DNA of 63,484 bases, the filler included. It is 6 parts of 6 records of this genome, joined end to end, with 100 filler letters (N's around TTAATTAATTAA, not from the genome) between each part and the next. Parts side by side here need not be neighbours in the genome. Positions count along the whole stretch, not along the records: positions 52,265 to 57,894 come from SRR20825019_2664; positions 57,995 to 63,484 come from SRR20825019_2681; 4 more parts are not named here. One strand, written 5' to 3'. Each line of letters begins with the position of its first letter. Position 1 is the first letter of the stretch. The notes beneath the pieces were generated by a model. That model worked only from the letters and a program-made list of their open reading frames with translations, did not search any database and was not told the DNA's origin. The position numbers and the translations under genes are program-made. This document shows, piece after piece, positions 53,223-62,914 of the stretch.

Positions 53223-53843
53223 ATGAAGAACTCGCTCACTCAAATTACCGGATTAACGATAGTCGTCCTGCTCCTCGCCGGTTGCGAAACGACCGCAATC
53301 TCAAGACGTATAAGCGAAAATCCCAAGCTCTACGCATCCCTCGACCCTGAGCAAAGAGCCTACGTGAGCGATGGGATCGTTTTCCCGGGTGACACCGCTG
53401 AAATAGCCTACATCGCCCTGGGTAAGCCTGACTCTGTCGAAACCAGAAAAAGGGAGGACATCACGGTCATCATGTGGAGCTACCATAGATATTATCCTGC
53501 GGGTGAACTTGAAGAATTCCTCACGAATTATTCCCGCCAAAGAAATGTCAATTTACTCAGGTTCCCCGATATCGAAATCGGTGCCGTCACGGTGAATGAC
53601 AGTGTCCCCGGTCGTAAGGGCATTCCGGGAGTTGAGGACAACGGCCAGCATACCGAGGGTAGCATGAACCGGTTCCATCTCCCTGATATCCCCGTCTACA
53701 AACTCTACGTGTTTTATTATAGGGGAAAAATCAGTGATGTCATGATCGAGAGTCTCGACGGCACGGTGTTTACGTGGAAGGAGGACGCCATCGAAATGGA
53801 AAAAGCCAACAATCTGAAAGCAGCCCGGGACCGGTCGGAATAA
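53223..53843 (+). CDS. Lipoprotein, tandem paralogue 2
   Basis: Lipobox LLLAGC; closely similar to paralogue 1 in both protein and DNA. Confidence 0.85.
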   Translation: MKNSLTQITGLTIVVLLLAGCETTAISRRISENPKLYASLDPEQRAYVSDGIVFPGDTAEIAYIALGKPDSVETRKREDITVIMWSYHRYYPAGELEEFLTNYSRQRNVNLLRFPDIEIGAVTVNDSVPGRKGIPGVEDNGQHTEGSMNRFHLPDIPVYKLYVFYYRGKISDVMIESLDGTVFTWKEDAIEMEKANNLKAARDRSE

Positions 53844-53899
53844 ATGGCAACAGAACCCTTTTCAACTTTCGAAAACCACCCCGATACCAAAACCCAAGG

Positions 53900-54436
53900 A
53901 TGAAAATCTCCCGATTCTCCCTCTCCTGCCTCGCTACATTTGCGCTGCTCTTCGCTGGATGCGAATCCTACGGGATCCCTAATCGAATCAAAGAAAACTC
54001 GGCCGCCTTGGCTTCTCTCTCACCTGAAGAAAGGGAATATATCGCAGACGGTCTCATTTTACCGGCTTCACACCTGACATGACCTACCTGGCACTGGGAA
54101 ACCCCGATTCCATCGAAACCAAGCAGAGAGATGGCAAGTCCCTCGAAATGTGGACCGACAATCGCCACTACCCCTCGAGTCGGCTTGAGGCTATGCTCAT
54201 CGATTATTCAAGATCCCGAAACCCTGATCTCAGAACTTTGAACGGGGCGAAACGGAAACGACGGAGTTGCGCGATTCCATCCCAACCTCGGATGGTTCTG
54301 ACAAGCTCGTCGGCAGGAACGTTAAAATGGCAGCCTCAGCTTCCCGGATGTCCCCGTTTACAATCCCTATATCATCTATGAAGAAGGCATAATTCTGGAT
54401 CTTAGATTGGAAAGTCTCGACGGCACCGAATTTTAA
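53900..54436 (+). pseudogene. Lipoprotein paralogue 3, frameshifted
   Basis: Lipobox LLFAGC. A 1-nt deletion near 54064 (CCG-GC-TTC where GGC is expected) and a second shift before GSLSFPDVPVYNPY...LESLDGTEF-TAA. Confidence 0.8.
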
Positions 54437-54773
54437 GCGCTGCCAAGTCTTCACGATCAAACCGGATCACCCACAAAGTAAACAAGCCCCCTCCCATTTC
54501 ACCCAGCACGGCTCGGCAAAATCGCATCTATAGGGATCAATCTCCAACTCATCCTGTGCTAGATTTAGCACAGCCTAACTGAATATTTTGCTGTTGATTA
54601 AAACGCACTTAAGGTCCCATTAATTCGCTAGGCGCACTTTATTGTATTGGCTGTCTCCTCTCGTTACACCCCATCTGCCTCCACTCAAATTCAGCCTATA
54701 ATTAAGTCTCTTAGATTATTTAAGGATGCCGCCCAATCACGTTTCTCATCATAAATCCTCACCCAAACCTCTC

Positions 54774-55334
54774 ATGAAAAAATCCTGCTTCACTCTAGCC
54801 TCCCTCACTTTGGTCAGTCTGCTCTTCGTCGGATGTGAATCCGGCATCTCCAGCCGCATCAGCGAAAAGTCAGCGGCCTTTGCCGCGCTGACCCCGGAAG
54901 AAAAATCATATCTTGAGGACGGCATCGCCTTCCCGGGTTATACCGAAGATATGGCTTACATCGCATTTGGGAAACCCTCTTCGGTCGTTACCAAACAGGC
55001 CGACGGCACTCCGGTCGAAATCTGGAGCTACAAAAAGTTCTATCCATCCGGTGCTCTTGAAACCATCCTCACGGATTATTCGCGTGCCCGCAACCCCTCC
55101 CTGCTCCGTGCACTCGATGTTGAAGCTGGAGGCGGCACTGTAAGTGATCATGCGCCTGATACCGGCGGGCCCAACCCTCTGAGAAACACCGGCAGCGGCT
55201 CGGGCACGGGCACCGCCGGGGAAATGGGCAGCCTCAGCCTCCCCGATGTGCCGGTTTACAACCTCTATGTGTATTTCGTGGACGGCAAGATTGCGGATAT
55301 GCAATTGGAAAGCCTCGACGGCACCAAATTCTAA
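54774..55334 (+). CDS. Lipoprotein, tandem paralogue 4
   Basis: Lipobox LLFVGC; GIAFPGY..MAYIAFGKP, WSY, DVPVYNLYV, ESLDGTKF. Confidence 0.85.
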   Translation: MKKSCFTLASLTLVSLLFVGCESGISSRISEKSAAFAALTPEEKSYLEDGIAFPGYTEDMAYIAFGKPSSVVTKQADGTPVEIWSYKKFYPSGALETILTDYSRARNPSLLRALDVEAGGGTVSDHAPDTGGPNPLRNTGSGSGTGTAGEMGSLSLPDVPVYNLYVYFVDGKIADMQLESLDGTKF

Positions 55335-55363
55335 GCTCTTTCAAGTTCTCAAAGTTTGAGTCT

Positions 55364-55397
55364 AAGGGCGGATTCCTGTGAGGAATCCGCCCTTTTT
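55364..55397 (+). terminator. Intrinsic terminator
   Basis: AAGGGCGGATTCCT-GTG-AGGAATCCGCCCTT followed by a T run. Confidence 0.85.
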
Positions 55398-55491
55398 AGT
55401 ATTCGGATTACGGGTGCACTTCATCTGCCTGTCTCTGCAAAAATTCTCGGAAACAAATGCTGCCTATCAACATCCCCTCAGACAGGGACAC

Positions 55492-55531
55492 TGTCCCATT
55501 TTCGGGATAGGCTCATCCCGAAAATGGGATA
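55492..55531. promoter_or_regulatory. Paired upstream activator sites (candidate bEBP enhancer)
   Basis: TCCCATTTTCGGGAT (55494-55508) and ATCCCGAAAATGGGA (55515-55529) form a perfect 15-bp inverted repeat; each half is itself quasi-palindromic. Confidence 0.65.
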
Positions 55532-55604
55532 CGTTTTTGTCTATATAACTAGCGAGTATATTTAATTAACTATAAATGAATGCCTTACAATACATGCCGA
55601 TCAT

Positions 55605-55621
55605 CTGGCATGCATCGTGCA
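55605..55621 (+). promoter_or_regulatory. Sigma-54 (-24/-12) promoter
   Basis: CTGGCATGCATCGTGCA has GG-N10-GC spacing and lies 80 nt before the permease ATG, downstream of an AT-rich tract. Confidence 0.7.
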
Positions 55622-55701
55622 ATTCGACGCTGGTCGGGAATGTGCCGTAATCACTAATCGGCGATATTTTAACTCCCCATCCCCTCACGAGCTATCGGTC
55701 A

Positions 55702-57894
55702 ATGAATCTCCTCTGGTCAGAACTTAAGCTTTCCTTTTGCCGTCTTTTCCGGCGAAAGGTGCACACCAATCTGCTCCTGATTACTTTCGCGGTGTCGGTC
55801 ACGTTGTCGGCACTTAGTTGGACGCTTTTTCATACGGTTCATTTGAGCCACCCTACCTTCGATCAGAGGGGCGAGTATCTGGTGCTCGCGAATAAGAACA
55901 GGTATGCAGTCAATCCGGGGCAACCGGGCTATCAGGAGATGGTCTCTTATAAGGCCAACCAGACGGTGTTTTCGGACTGGGCTGAAATGTCGGTTTACAA
56001 TTCGGTATTTATCGAAACTCCGAATGGCAACGAACGCGTTCACGGGGCTTACCTCTCTTCAAGAGCCCTACAAATCATGGGGGCAAAACCGCTGCTCGGA
56101 TCGCTGTTTACTCCGGCGGATGATGTGCATGACACGTTACCGAAAATCCTCCTGAGCGAACGCTTGTGGACGAACTCATTTGGCCGCGATCCAGACGTTC
56201 TGGGTAAGCAAATGACCGTCATCCGCTATCAAGGCATCATTGTCGGCGTGCTGCCCAAAAATTTCCGCTTACCCAATGATCAAGATTTATGGATCTCTTA
56301 CGGCGGTTACCATTTCGATGACGAATATTCCAATCGCACCGCATTGGTGAAGCTCAAGCCCGGTATCTCGCCAGAGCGGGCCGTGGAAGATTTGGAAACA
56401 ATCCACTCCTCATTTCCCGCGAACAGTATTTCCAAGAGGCGGGAGCTCACCCCGGGATTGGGGACATTTCGTGATGCCTTCTTGTTACCGGACTTGAAGA
56501 CGAGTTCGCTCATTCTCATGGCACTCTCGCTGCTCTTTCTCGCGGTGAGCTGCGTGAATGCGGCCAATCTCATGCTGGTCGATTTTCTCGGTCGCCGTCC
56601 GGAATTGGCGGCCTCGCTGGCCGTGGGGGTAACGCGGGCGGGGATCGCGCGTTCACTTTGCTGGCAGGTCGGGATGATCGCGCTGCTCTCCGCCGGAATC
56701 GCCGCCTGCCTGATCCCCTTCATCGCTCCGTTTCTCTATGACCGGATTCAGATCATCAACGCTCCCTTTTGGTTGGTGTATGCGTTTCAGTGGCGCGACG
56801 TGGGCATGACGTTTCTGTTCTCCGGAATCGCCGCCGCAGTCACCGTCGTAGTGCCGATCATTTATCTCTATTTCGTCAATGCCGATCAGGTAATTCGCGA
56901 ACACTCTTCTTCGTATCGCGGCACCGGTCGCGCGTTGTGGCGACGCCTCCTACTCACGGGGCAGATCGCTATCCTCACCGTGCTCGGCATCGTGACAGCA
57001 TTGCTCGTGCGATCCAATCAGAACGTCGGCGAATCGCACTGGGGCTTTGATGCCAGTGCGATTTTCAACGGCAAGGTAAGCATTGGTGCCATTAGGTATG
57101 CCGAAGGCGAATGGGCCACCGGTCGCATCGCGAGTTTTCATAAAGCGTTTCTCGGCATCAGAAAACGTCCCGAAACCGCCGCTGCTTCCTACATGGGCAA
57201 TGCCTCTGGCTACAACAATGGGCCCTACTGTTCCTACGCGACCAGCCAGGAAGCTCTCGTGAATGGCGCGGCGGCGGGCAAGGCCTTCTTCTCCGATATT
57301 TCCGATCAACATTTCGCGACGCTCGGCGTGTCGTTTGTCGAAGGCGAAGATTTCGAAGAAGCCCTGTCTCCAATCGACAATCAGGAAGTCATCATCACCG
57401 AATCGCTCGCGCACAAACTCTGGCCCGGCGAATCCGCGCTCCAACGTCGCCTCTATGTCTTCTACTCGTGGATGAAAAAAGGAGAACCACCTCGCGAAAA
57501 AATCGTGCGCGGTGTCGTGCGCGATTATCAGGTCTGCGGTCCTCGGGCTGAATCGAACGATGGTATCTTCACCCACTGGCGGCTTAATTCGGGAGCCTAC
57601 ATGAATGGCGCGCACATCTACGTGCGCGACAAAGCCGGCATCGCCACACCGAAATCTCTCTCCGATGCGATCCATCGCGAGGTGCCCAAGGCGGCGCTCT
57701 ATTTCCCGACCACATTGAAAGAGCGAATCGATCTGTTGCTCAATTCCATGCGGATGACTTCAGATCTCTCCATCGTCTTCGCCATCTCCGCAGTGATCCT
57801 TTGCGCGATCGGCGTCTACAGCCTGACCATTACTCAAGTCCTGCAATCTTCCCGCGAATTCGGGATTCGCATGGCCCTTGGTGCCGAGCCCACG
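55702..57894 (+). CDS. Duplicated MacB/FtsX-type ABC permease (ADOP-like), 3'-truncated
   Basis: PLLGSLFTP, LSERLW..FGRDPDVLGK, SCVNAANLML, LLTGQIA, REFGIRMALGA. Confidence 0.9.
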
Positions 57895-57994
57895 NNNNNN
57901 NNNNNNNNNNNNNNNNNNNNNNNNNNNNNNNNNNNNNNTTAATTAATTAANNNNNNNNNNNNNNNNNNNNNNNNNNNNNNNNNNNNNNNNNNNN
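57895..57994. other. Artificial contig spacer
   Basis: N-run with TTAATTAATTAA. Confidence 0.98.
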
Positions 57995-58131
57995 CCGCCG
58001 CCATCGTGGGTCTGGGCCTGGCCGTCGTGACCTCGGTCAGCTCGGGCGTCGGCACCCTCGGCTCCAGCATCTCGACCGCGCTGGGCGGCATCACCGTGAA
58101 CGCGCCGGAAACCGTCGGCTTCACGCAGTAA
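57995..58131 (+). CDS. Flp/type IVb pilin, 3' part (not in the ORF track)
   Basis: Reads AAIVGLGLAVVTSVSSGVGTLGSSISTALGGITVNAPETVGFTQ-TAA, directly upstream of cpaB. Confidence 0.75.
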
Positions 58132-58155
58132 GCCTTTCCGTTCAGACCTTTCCGA

Positions 58156-58181
58156 CGGGCCGCATCCCCGGATGCGGCCCG
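58156..58181 (+). terminator. GC-rich hairpin after the pilin gene
   Basis: CGGGCCGCATC-CCCG-GATGCGGCCCG with a weak T tract. Confidence 0.6.
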
Positions 58182-58319
58182 CTGTAATTTTAGTCAATCG
58201 CCGGACAACTTTCCCTTTCCAGCCATCATCTTGCCCGATTCACCATGCAAGAATGGTGAACGTTGTTGGTAAGAGTGATCCGCACCAATGCGGATCTGGC
58301 AGGCGTTCAGGAGCGAGCA

Positions 58320-59153
58320 ATGCGAGCTGTGCAAATCGGTATTCTCGGTGTCGGGCTGGCCTTGGCGGGGTTCGGTGTCTTCATGGCGCAGAACTACGTG
58401 AGCCAGACCCAGGCCGCCATCAGCGCCGCCCAGGCCCGCGGCGCCGCCGCCCCGACGATCCAGACAGTGACCGTCGCCGTCGCGACCCGCCCGCTGCGCT
58501 ATGGCGAACCCATCGGCAGCGACGCCGTCCGCACCATCAACTGGCCGGCCGATTCCGTGCCCCCCGGCGTCTTCCAGACGGTGGAGGCGCTGGTCCCCGA
58601 TCCCAACCGCCCTCGTGTCGCGCTCAGGGCCATGGAAGCGGGCGAGCCGATCCTGTCGGTCAAGGTCAGCGAACCCGGCGAACCGGCCGGTATCGCCGCG
58701 ATCCTGACCCCCGGCATGCGCGCCTTCACCATCCGCGTCGACCAGAATTCGGGCATTTCCGGCACGCTCCGCCCCTCGAACACGGTCGATATCTACTGGA
58801 CCGGCCGCGGGGCGCAGGGCGGCGACATCACCCGGCTGCTGTCCTCGGGCGTGCGGATCATCGCGCTGGACGAGAACGCCGACGAGGACCGCAATTTCTC
58901 GGGCGTGCCGCGCTCGGTCACCATCGAGGCCACCGCCGAAACCGTCGCCAGCCTGGCGCAGGGCCAGTCCACCGGACGGCTGTCGCTGTCGCTGGTGGGC
59001 CTCGACGACACCACGGCGCTGAGCCAGATCCAGGTCGATGGCAACAGCCTTCTGGGCGTCGAAACCGTGGTCCAGCAGGTGCAGGAGCGCTGCACCGTGC
59101 GCACCCGCCGCGGCGCCGAGGTCGTCCAGATCGAGATCCCCTGCACCAATTGA
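58320..59153 (+). CDS. cpaB: Flp pilus assembly protein CpaB/RcpC
   Basis: SAF-like domain (VAVATRPLRYGEPI, GEPILSVKV), PGMRAFTIRVD, VDIYWTG, GRLSLSL. Confidence 0.93.
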   Translation: MRAVQIGILGVGLALAGFGVFMAQNYVSQTQAAISAAQARGAAAPTIQTVTVAVATRPLRYGEPIGSDAVRTINWPADSVPPGVFQTVEALVPDPNRPRVALRAMEAGEPILSVKVSEPGEPAGIAAILTPGMRAFTIRVDQNSGISGTLRPSNTVDIYWTGRGAQGGDITRLLSSGVRIIALDENADEDRNFSGVPRSVTIEATAETVASLAQGQSTGRLSLSLVGLDDTTALSQIQVDGNSLLGVETVVQQVQERCTVRTRRGAEVVQIEIPCTN

Positions 59154-59391
59154 CGCAAGGCCGCCCCTCGGCCCGCTGCGTCAATCTTGCAACACCCGCG
59201 GCCCCCTATATCTGGGGGTCGTTGTGATTCTGCACGCCAGCGCTCGGGGCAGCCTGTGGAAAAGACAGGGGAATCACGCGAAAGACGCTCCGCAAACAAT
59301 TGAAACTTGCAATAAAAATCGGATTCAAGCATTCTTTGACGAAACGGCCCGTCAGAGGCCCGATGTACCCGTGATCGAGAGGCAGGATCAC

Positions 59392-60795
59392 ATGAGCACG
59401 AAACGTAGGATTGCGTCGGTGATGGCGCTGGCCCTGTGGGGCCTTGGGCAGGCAGCGTTTACCAGCCTACCGGCATCGGCGCAGATGCTGTCCGTGGCAT
59501 CGAGTCAGGTGCGCGACACGCTGGCCGTGGCGATGAACCGGGCCGTCGTGGTCGAAAGCGACACGCCCTTCGTCGAACTTTCCATCGCCAATCCGGGCAT
59601 TGCCGATATCTCGACCCTCTCGGACCGCTCGATCTATGTGCTGGGCAAGGCGCCTGGCCGGACGACGCTGACCATCCTGGGCGCCAACGGCCAGCTGATC
59701 GCCAATGTGGAGGTGCAGGTCACCCCCGATGTCGCCGAATTCCGCGAGCGGCTGCGGCAGATCCTGCCCTCGGAACCCATCGAAGTGCGCACCGCCAATG
59801 ACGGGATCGTGCTGTCGGGCATCGTGTCCTCCGGGGCGCGGCTCGATGCGGCGCTGCAACTGGCCGAGCGCTATGCGCCGGGCCGGGTCTCGAATCTGAT
59901 GAACGTGGGCGGCACCCAGCAGGTCATGCTGCGCGTGCGCTTCTCGGAAGTGCAGCGCTCGGCCGCGCAGAGCCTCGCCGCCAGCCTCTCGGCGTCGGAC
60001 GGCGTCTCGGCGGGGGGCACCGGGCGCTTTGCGGCCGGGGCGCTGACCACGGCCGGGGTGCCGGTGAGCGTGGCCGCAGCAACCCCCGCGCAGGGCGTTC
60101 TGGGCGGTGGCTTCTCCATCGGGTCGGTGCAGTTCCAGGTCATGCTGGAAGCGCTGGAATCGAACGGCCTGGCCCGCACCCTGTCCGAACCCAGCCTGAC
60201 CGCCCTGTCCGGGCAAGAGGCGCATTTCCTGGCCGGTGGCGAAGTGCCGGTGCCGGTGGTGGGCGACAATGGCACGGTCACCGTGGATTACCGGGCGATC
60301 GGGGTCGAGCTGACCTTCACCCCCCGCGTGGTCGATGGCGATGTCATTAACCTGAGCATGGATGCCTCGGTCTCCAGCCCCGACAGCACCAATTCCTACA
60401 GCGCCAACGGCGTCACCCTGCCCGGCTTCCGCCGCCGCCAGACCTCGACCACGGTCGAACTCAGGGACGGCGAGAGCTTCGCCATCGCCGGCCTCCTGCA
60501 GGATGATTTCCAGGGCTCCATCGCCCAGGTGCCGTGGCTGGGCGACATTCCGGTGCTGGGGGCGCTGTTCCGCAGCGCCGATTACCAGCGCAGCCAGTCC
60601 GAGCTGATGATCTTCGTCACCGCCCATCTGGTGACGCCGACCCGGGGCGAGGCGCTGCTTCTGCCCACCGACCGCATCCGCCTGCCGAACGAGGCGCAAT
60701 TGTTCCTCAACGGTCAGCTCACCGGCTCGTCGTCCGGTGCCGCCGAAGTCGCGCGGCAGGATTTCCGCGGCGGCTACGGCTATGTGATGGAGTAA
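59392..60795 (+). CDS. cpaC: Tad secretin CpaC/RcpA
   Basis: IANPGIADI, QQVMLRVRFSEVQR, FLAGGEVPVP, VPWLGDIPVLGALFRS, SELMIFVT. Confidence 0.95.
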   Translation: MSTKRRIASVMALALWGLGQAAFTSLPASAQMLSVASSQVRDTLAVAMNRAVVVESDTPFVELSIANPGIADISTLSDRSIYVLGKAPGRTTLTILGANGQLIANVEVQVTPDVAEFRERLRQILPSEPIEVRTANDGIVLSGIVSSGARLDAALQLAERYAPGRVSNLMNVGGTQQVMLRVRFSEVQRSAAQSLAASLSASDGVSAGGTGRFAAGALTTAGVPVSVAAATPAQGVLGGGFSIGSVQFQVMLEALESNGLARTLSEPSLTALSGQEAHFLAGGEVPVPVVGDNGTVTVDYRAIGVELTFTPRVVDGDVINLSMDASVSSPDSTNSYSANGVTLPGFRRRQTSTTVELRDGESFAIAGLLQDDFQGSIAQVPWLGDIPVLGALFRSADYQRSQSELMIFVTAHLVTPTRGEALLLPTDRIRLPNEAQLFLNGQLTGSSSGAAEVARQDFRGGYGYVME

Positions 60796-60798
60796 CCC

Positions 60799-61443
60799 AT
60801 GACCGCCCCCCGTCCGCAGACCCCTCTGATTTCGCGCCGCCTGCTGTTGCTTGGCGTTTCGGCCGGGGCGCTGAGCGCCTGTTCGGGCGCCTACATGGCC
60901 GCCGAAGTCGGCAGCGACCTGGACGAGGGCGGCTTCGGCACGCCCACCGCCAACAACATCCTGATCCACACCGGTCAGCTGGATTACGTCGTGGCCCTGG
61001 CCGAGCGGTTCGCGCGCGAAGTGCCGAACACCGTGACCTTCCCCTTCGACAGCGCGACGCTGGACCCGGCCGCGCAATACATCCTGGCCCAGCAGGCCCG
61101 CTGGATGCGCCACTTCCCCGAAGTGACGTTCCGGGTCTTCGGCCATACCGATCTGGTGGGGTCCGAGCGCTATAACCAGGGCCTCGGCCTGCGCCGCGCG
61201 CGCGCCGCGGCCAATTTCATCGTCCGGCAAGGCATCAGCCGCCGCCGGGTCGAGGCGGTCGTCTCGAACGGCGAGACGCAGCCGCTGATCCCGACGCCGG
61301 ACCGCGAACGCCAGAACCGGCGCGCTGTCACCGAAGTCTCCGGTTTCGTGCAGGACAATGCACGGATCCTGAACGGAGAGTATGCCCGTGTCGTGCATCG
61401 GGAATACGTCGAGAGTGCCGTGCGGGCCCCGAATACGCCCTGA
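60799..61443 (+). CDS. OmpA-domain lipoprotein of the Tad locus
   Basis: LSAC lipobox; FPFDSATL, GHTDLVGS..YNQGLGLRRA, NRRA. Confidence 0.92.
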   Translation: MTAPRPQTPLISRRLLLLGVSAGALSACSGAYMAAEVGSDLDEGGFGTPTANNILIHTGQLDYVVALAERFAREVPNTVTFPFDSATLDPAAQYILAQQARWMRHFPEVTFRVFGHTDLVGSERYNQGLGLRRARAAANFIVRQGISRRRVEAVVSNGETQPLIPTPDRERQNRRAVTEVSGFVQDNARILNGEYARVVHREYVESAVRAPNTP

Positions 61444-61478
61444 TACCTCTGCCGGGATACCCGTCCGGCAACCTCGCA

Positions 61479-61507
61479 GCGCCCCGCCGACCCTGTCGGC
61501 GGGGCGC
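61479..61507 (+). terminator. GC-rich hairpin after the OmpA gene
   Basis: GCGCCCCGCCGAC-CCT-GTCGGCGGGGCGC. Confidence 0.6.
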
Positions 61508-61662
61508 CTGGTTTATTGACGCCCGGCCAGACAATTACGTTTTTTTAGCCCCATTAATGCCAAGATTACCGCCGAAGTTGGGAAGAACCCGGTGCCGCAT
61601 GCCGTCGCGCGCCGAAGGTCGCGTACCACATGTCGGCAGAATGCCGGCGCGGAGGAAAGAAA

Positions 61663-62904
61663 ATGTCGAGTGTGAGCAGCCCCGTCAAACACGTCGCCCC
61701 GATTCGCGCCTGCACCGTCTCGCGCGATGTGCAGAACTTCGACCTGCTGATCGAGGATATGGAGCTGGAACTCGGCGAAAGCTGGGGCGATCTCACCTTT
61801 CCGAGCGCGCTGAAATTCCTCGATCAACCCGATGCCAAGGGGCTCGAATTCATCGCCATCGCGCTTGATGACGACGACGAAGCGAACATGGCCCTGGTCG
61901 AGGCGGTGATTCAGCGCGCCAACACGCTGAGCATCCGCGTGCTGCTCATCGCCGAGGAGCTGGGCCCGATCGCCCTGCACCGGCTGCTGCGTCTGGGCGC
62001 CAGCGATTTCGTCCCCTATCCGCTGCCCGAGGGCGCGCTGCATGACGCCATCCAGCGCCTGCGCGCCCCCTCGCCCGATATGTCGACCATCGCCCCGCAA
62101 TCGCGGATGATGGTGTCCCAGAACCAGCCCCTGGGCGCGGTCTATGCCGTGCAACCGCTGGCGGGCGGCTCGGGCGCCACGACCTTCGCCGTCAACCTGG
62201 CGTGGGAGATCGCCAATTCCGGCAAGACCGCGCCTTCGGTCTGCCTGCTGGATTTCGACTTGCAAACGGGCTCCATCGCCACCTATCTGGACCTGGCACG
62301 GACCGAGAAGGTCTATGAGCTTCTGTCCAACACCGCGGTGATGGATCGCGACTTCTTCCTCAACACGCTGCAGACCTTCAACGACAAGCTGAAGGTGCTG
62401 ACCGCGGCAGCCGACATGCTGCCCCTCGACCTGATCACCCCCGACGATATCGAGCGGGTCATCACCATGGCCCGCGCCAGCTTCGAGGTGGTGATCATCG
62501 ACATGCCCGGCACCGTCGTGCAATGGACCGAGACCGTCTTGAACGAATGCGACGCCTATTACGCGACGATGGAGCTGGACATGCGCTCGGCCCAGAACGC
62601 GCTGCGCCTGATCCGCGCGCTCAAGGCCGAGGATCTGCCGCTGGACAAGCTGCGCTATGTCCTGAACCACGCGCCCAAATTCACCGATCTCTCGGGCAAG
62701 GCCCGCGCCAAGCGGATGGCCGAAAGCCTGGATATCGAGTTCGAGGTGATGCTGCCCGATGGCACCGCCCAGGTGACACATGCCAACGACCATGGCCTGC
62801 CCCTGGCCGAGATCGCGCCGAAGAACCCGCTGCTGAAAGAGATCCGCAAGATCGCCCAGTCCATCGTCGCGTCGAACCGCGACGAAGGCCGCGCTGCCGC
62901 CTGA
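61663..62904 (+). CDS. cpaE: CpaE/TadZ (receiver-like domain + degenerate MinD ATPase)
   Basis: LRLGASDFVPYP, GGSGATTFAVNLA, LLDFDLQTG, VIIDMP. Confidence 0.9.
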   Translation: MSSVSSPVKHVAPIRACTVSRDVQNFDLLIEDMELELGESWGDLTFPSALKFLDQPDAKGLEFIAIALDDDDEANMALVEAVIQRANTLSIRVLLIAEELGPIALHRLLRLGASDFVPYPLPEGALHDAIQRLRAPSPDMSTIAPQSRMMVSQNQPLGAVYAVQPLAGGSGATTFAVNLAWEIANSGKTAPSVCLLDFDLQTGSIATYLDLARTEKVYELLSNTAVMDRDFFLNTLQTFNDKLKVLTAAADMLPLDLITPDDIERVITMARASFEVVIIDMPGTVVQWTETVLNECDAYYATMELDMRSAQNALRLIRALKAEDLPLDKLRYVLNHAPKFTDLSGKARAKRMAESLDIEFEVMLPDGTAQVTHANDHGLPLAEIAPKNPLLKEIRKIAQSIVASNRDEGRAAA

Positions 62905-62914
62905 GGAGAGAGAC

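Noticed and set aside
61540-61570. CtrA full site upstream of cpaE
   Set aside because: The TTAA-like half-sites are spaced 5 or 8 nt apart, not 7.
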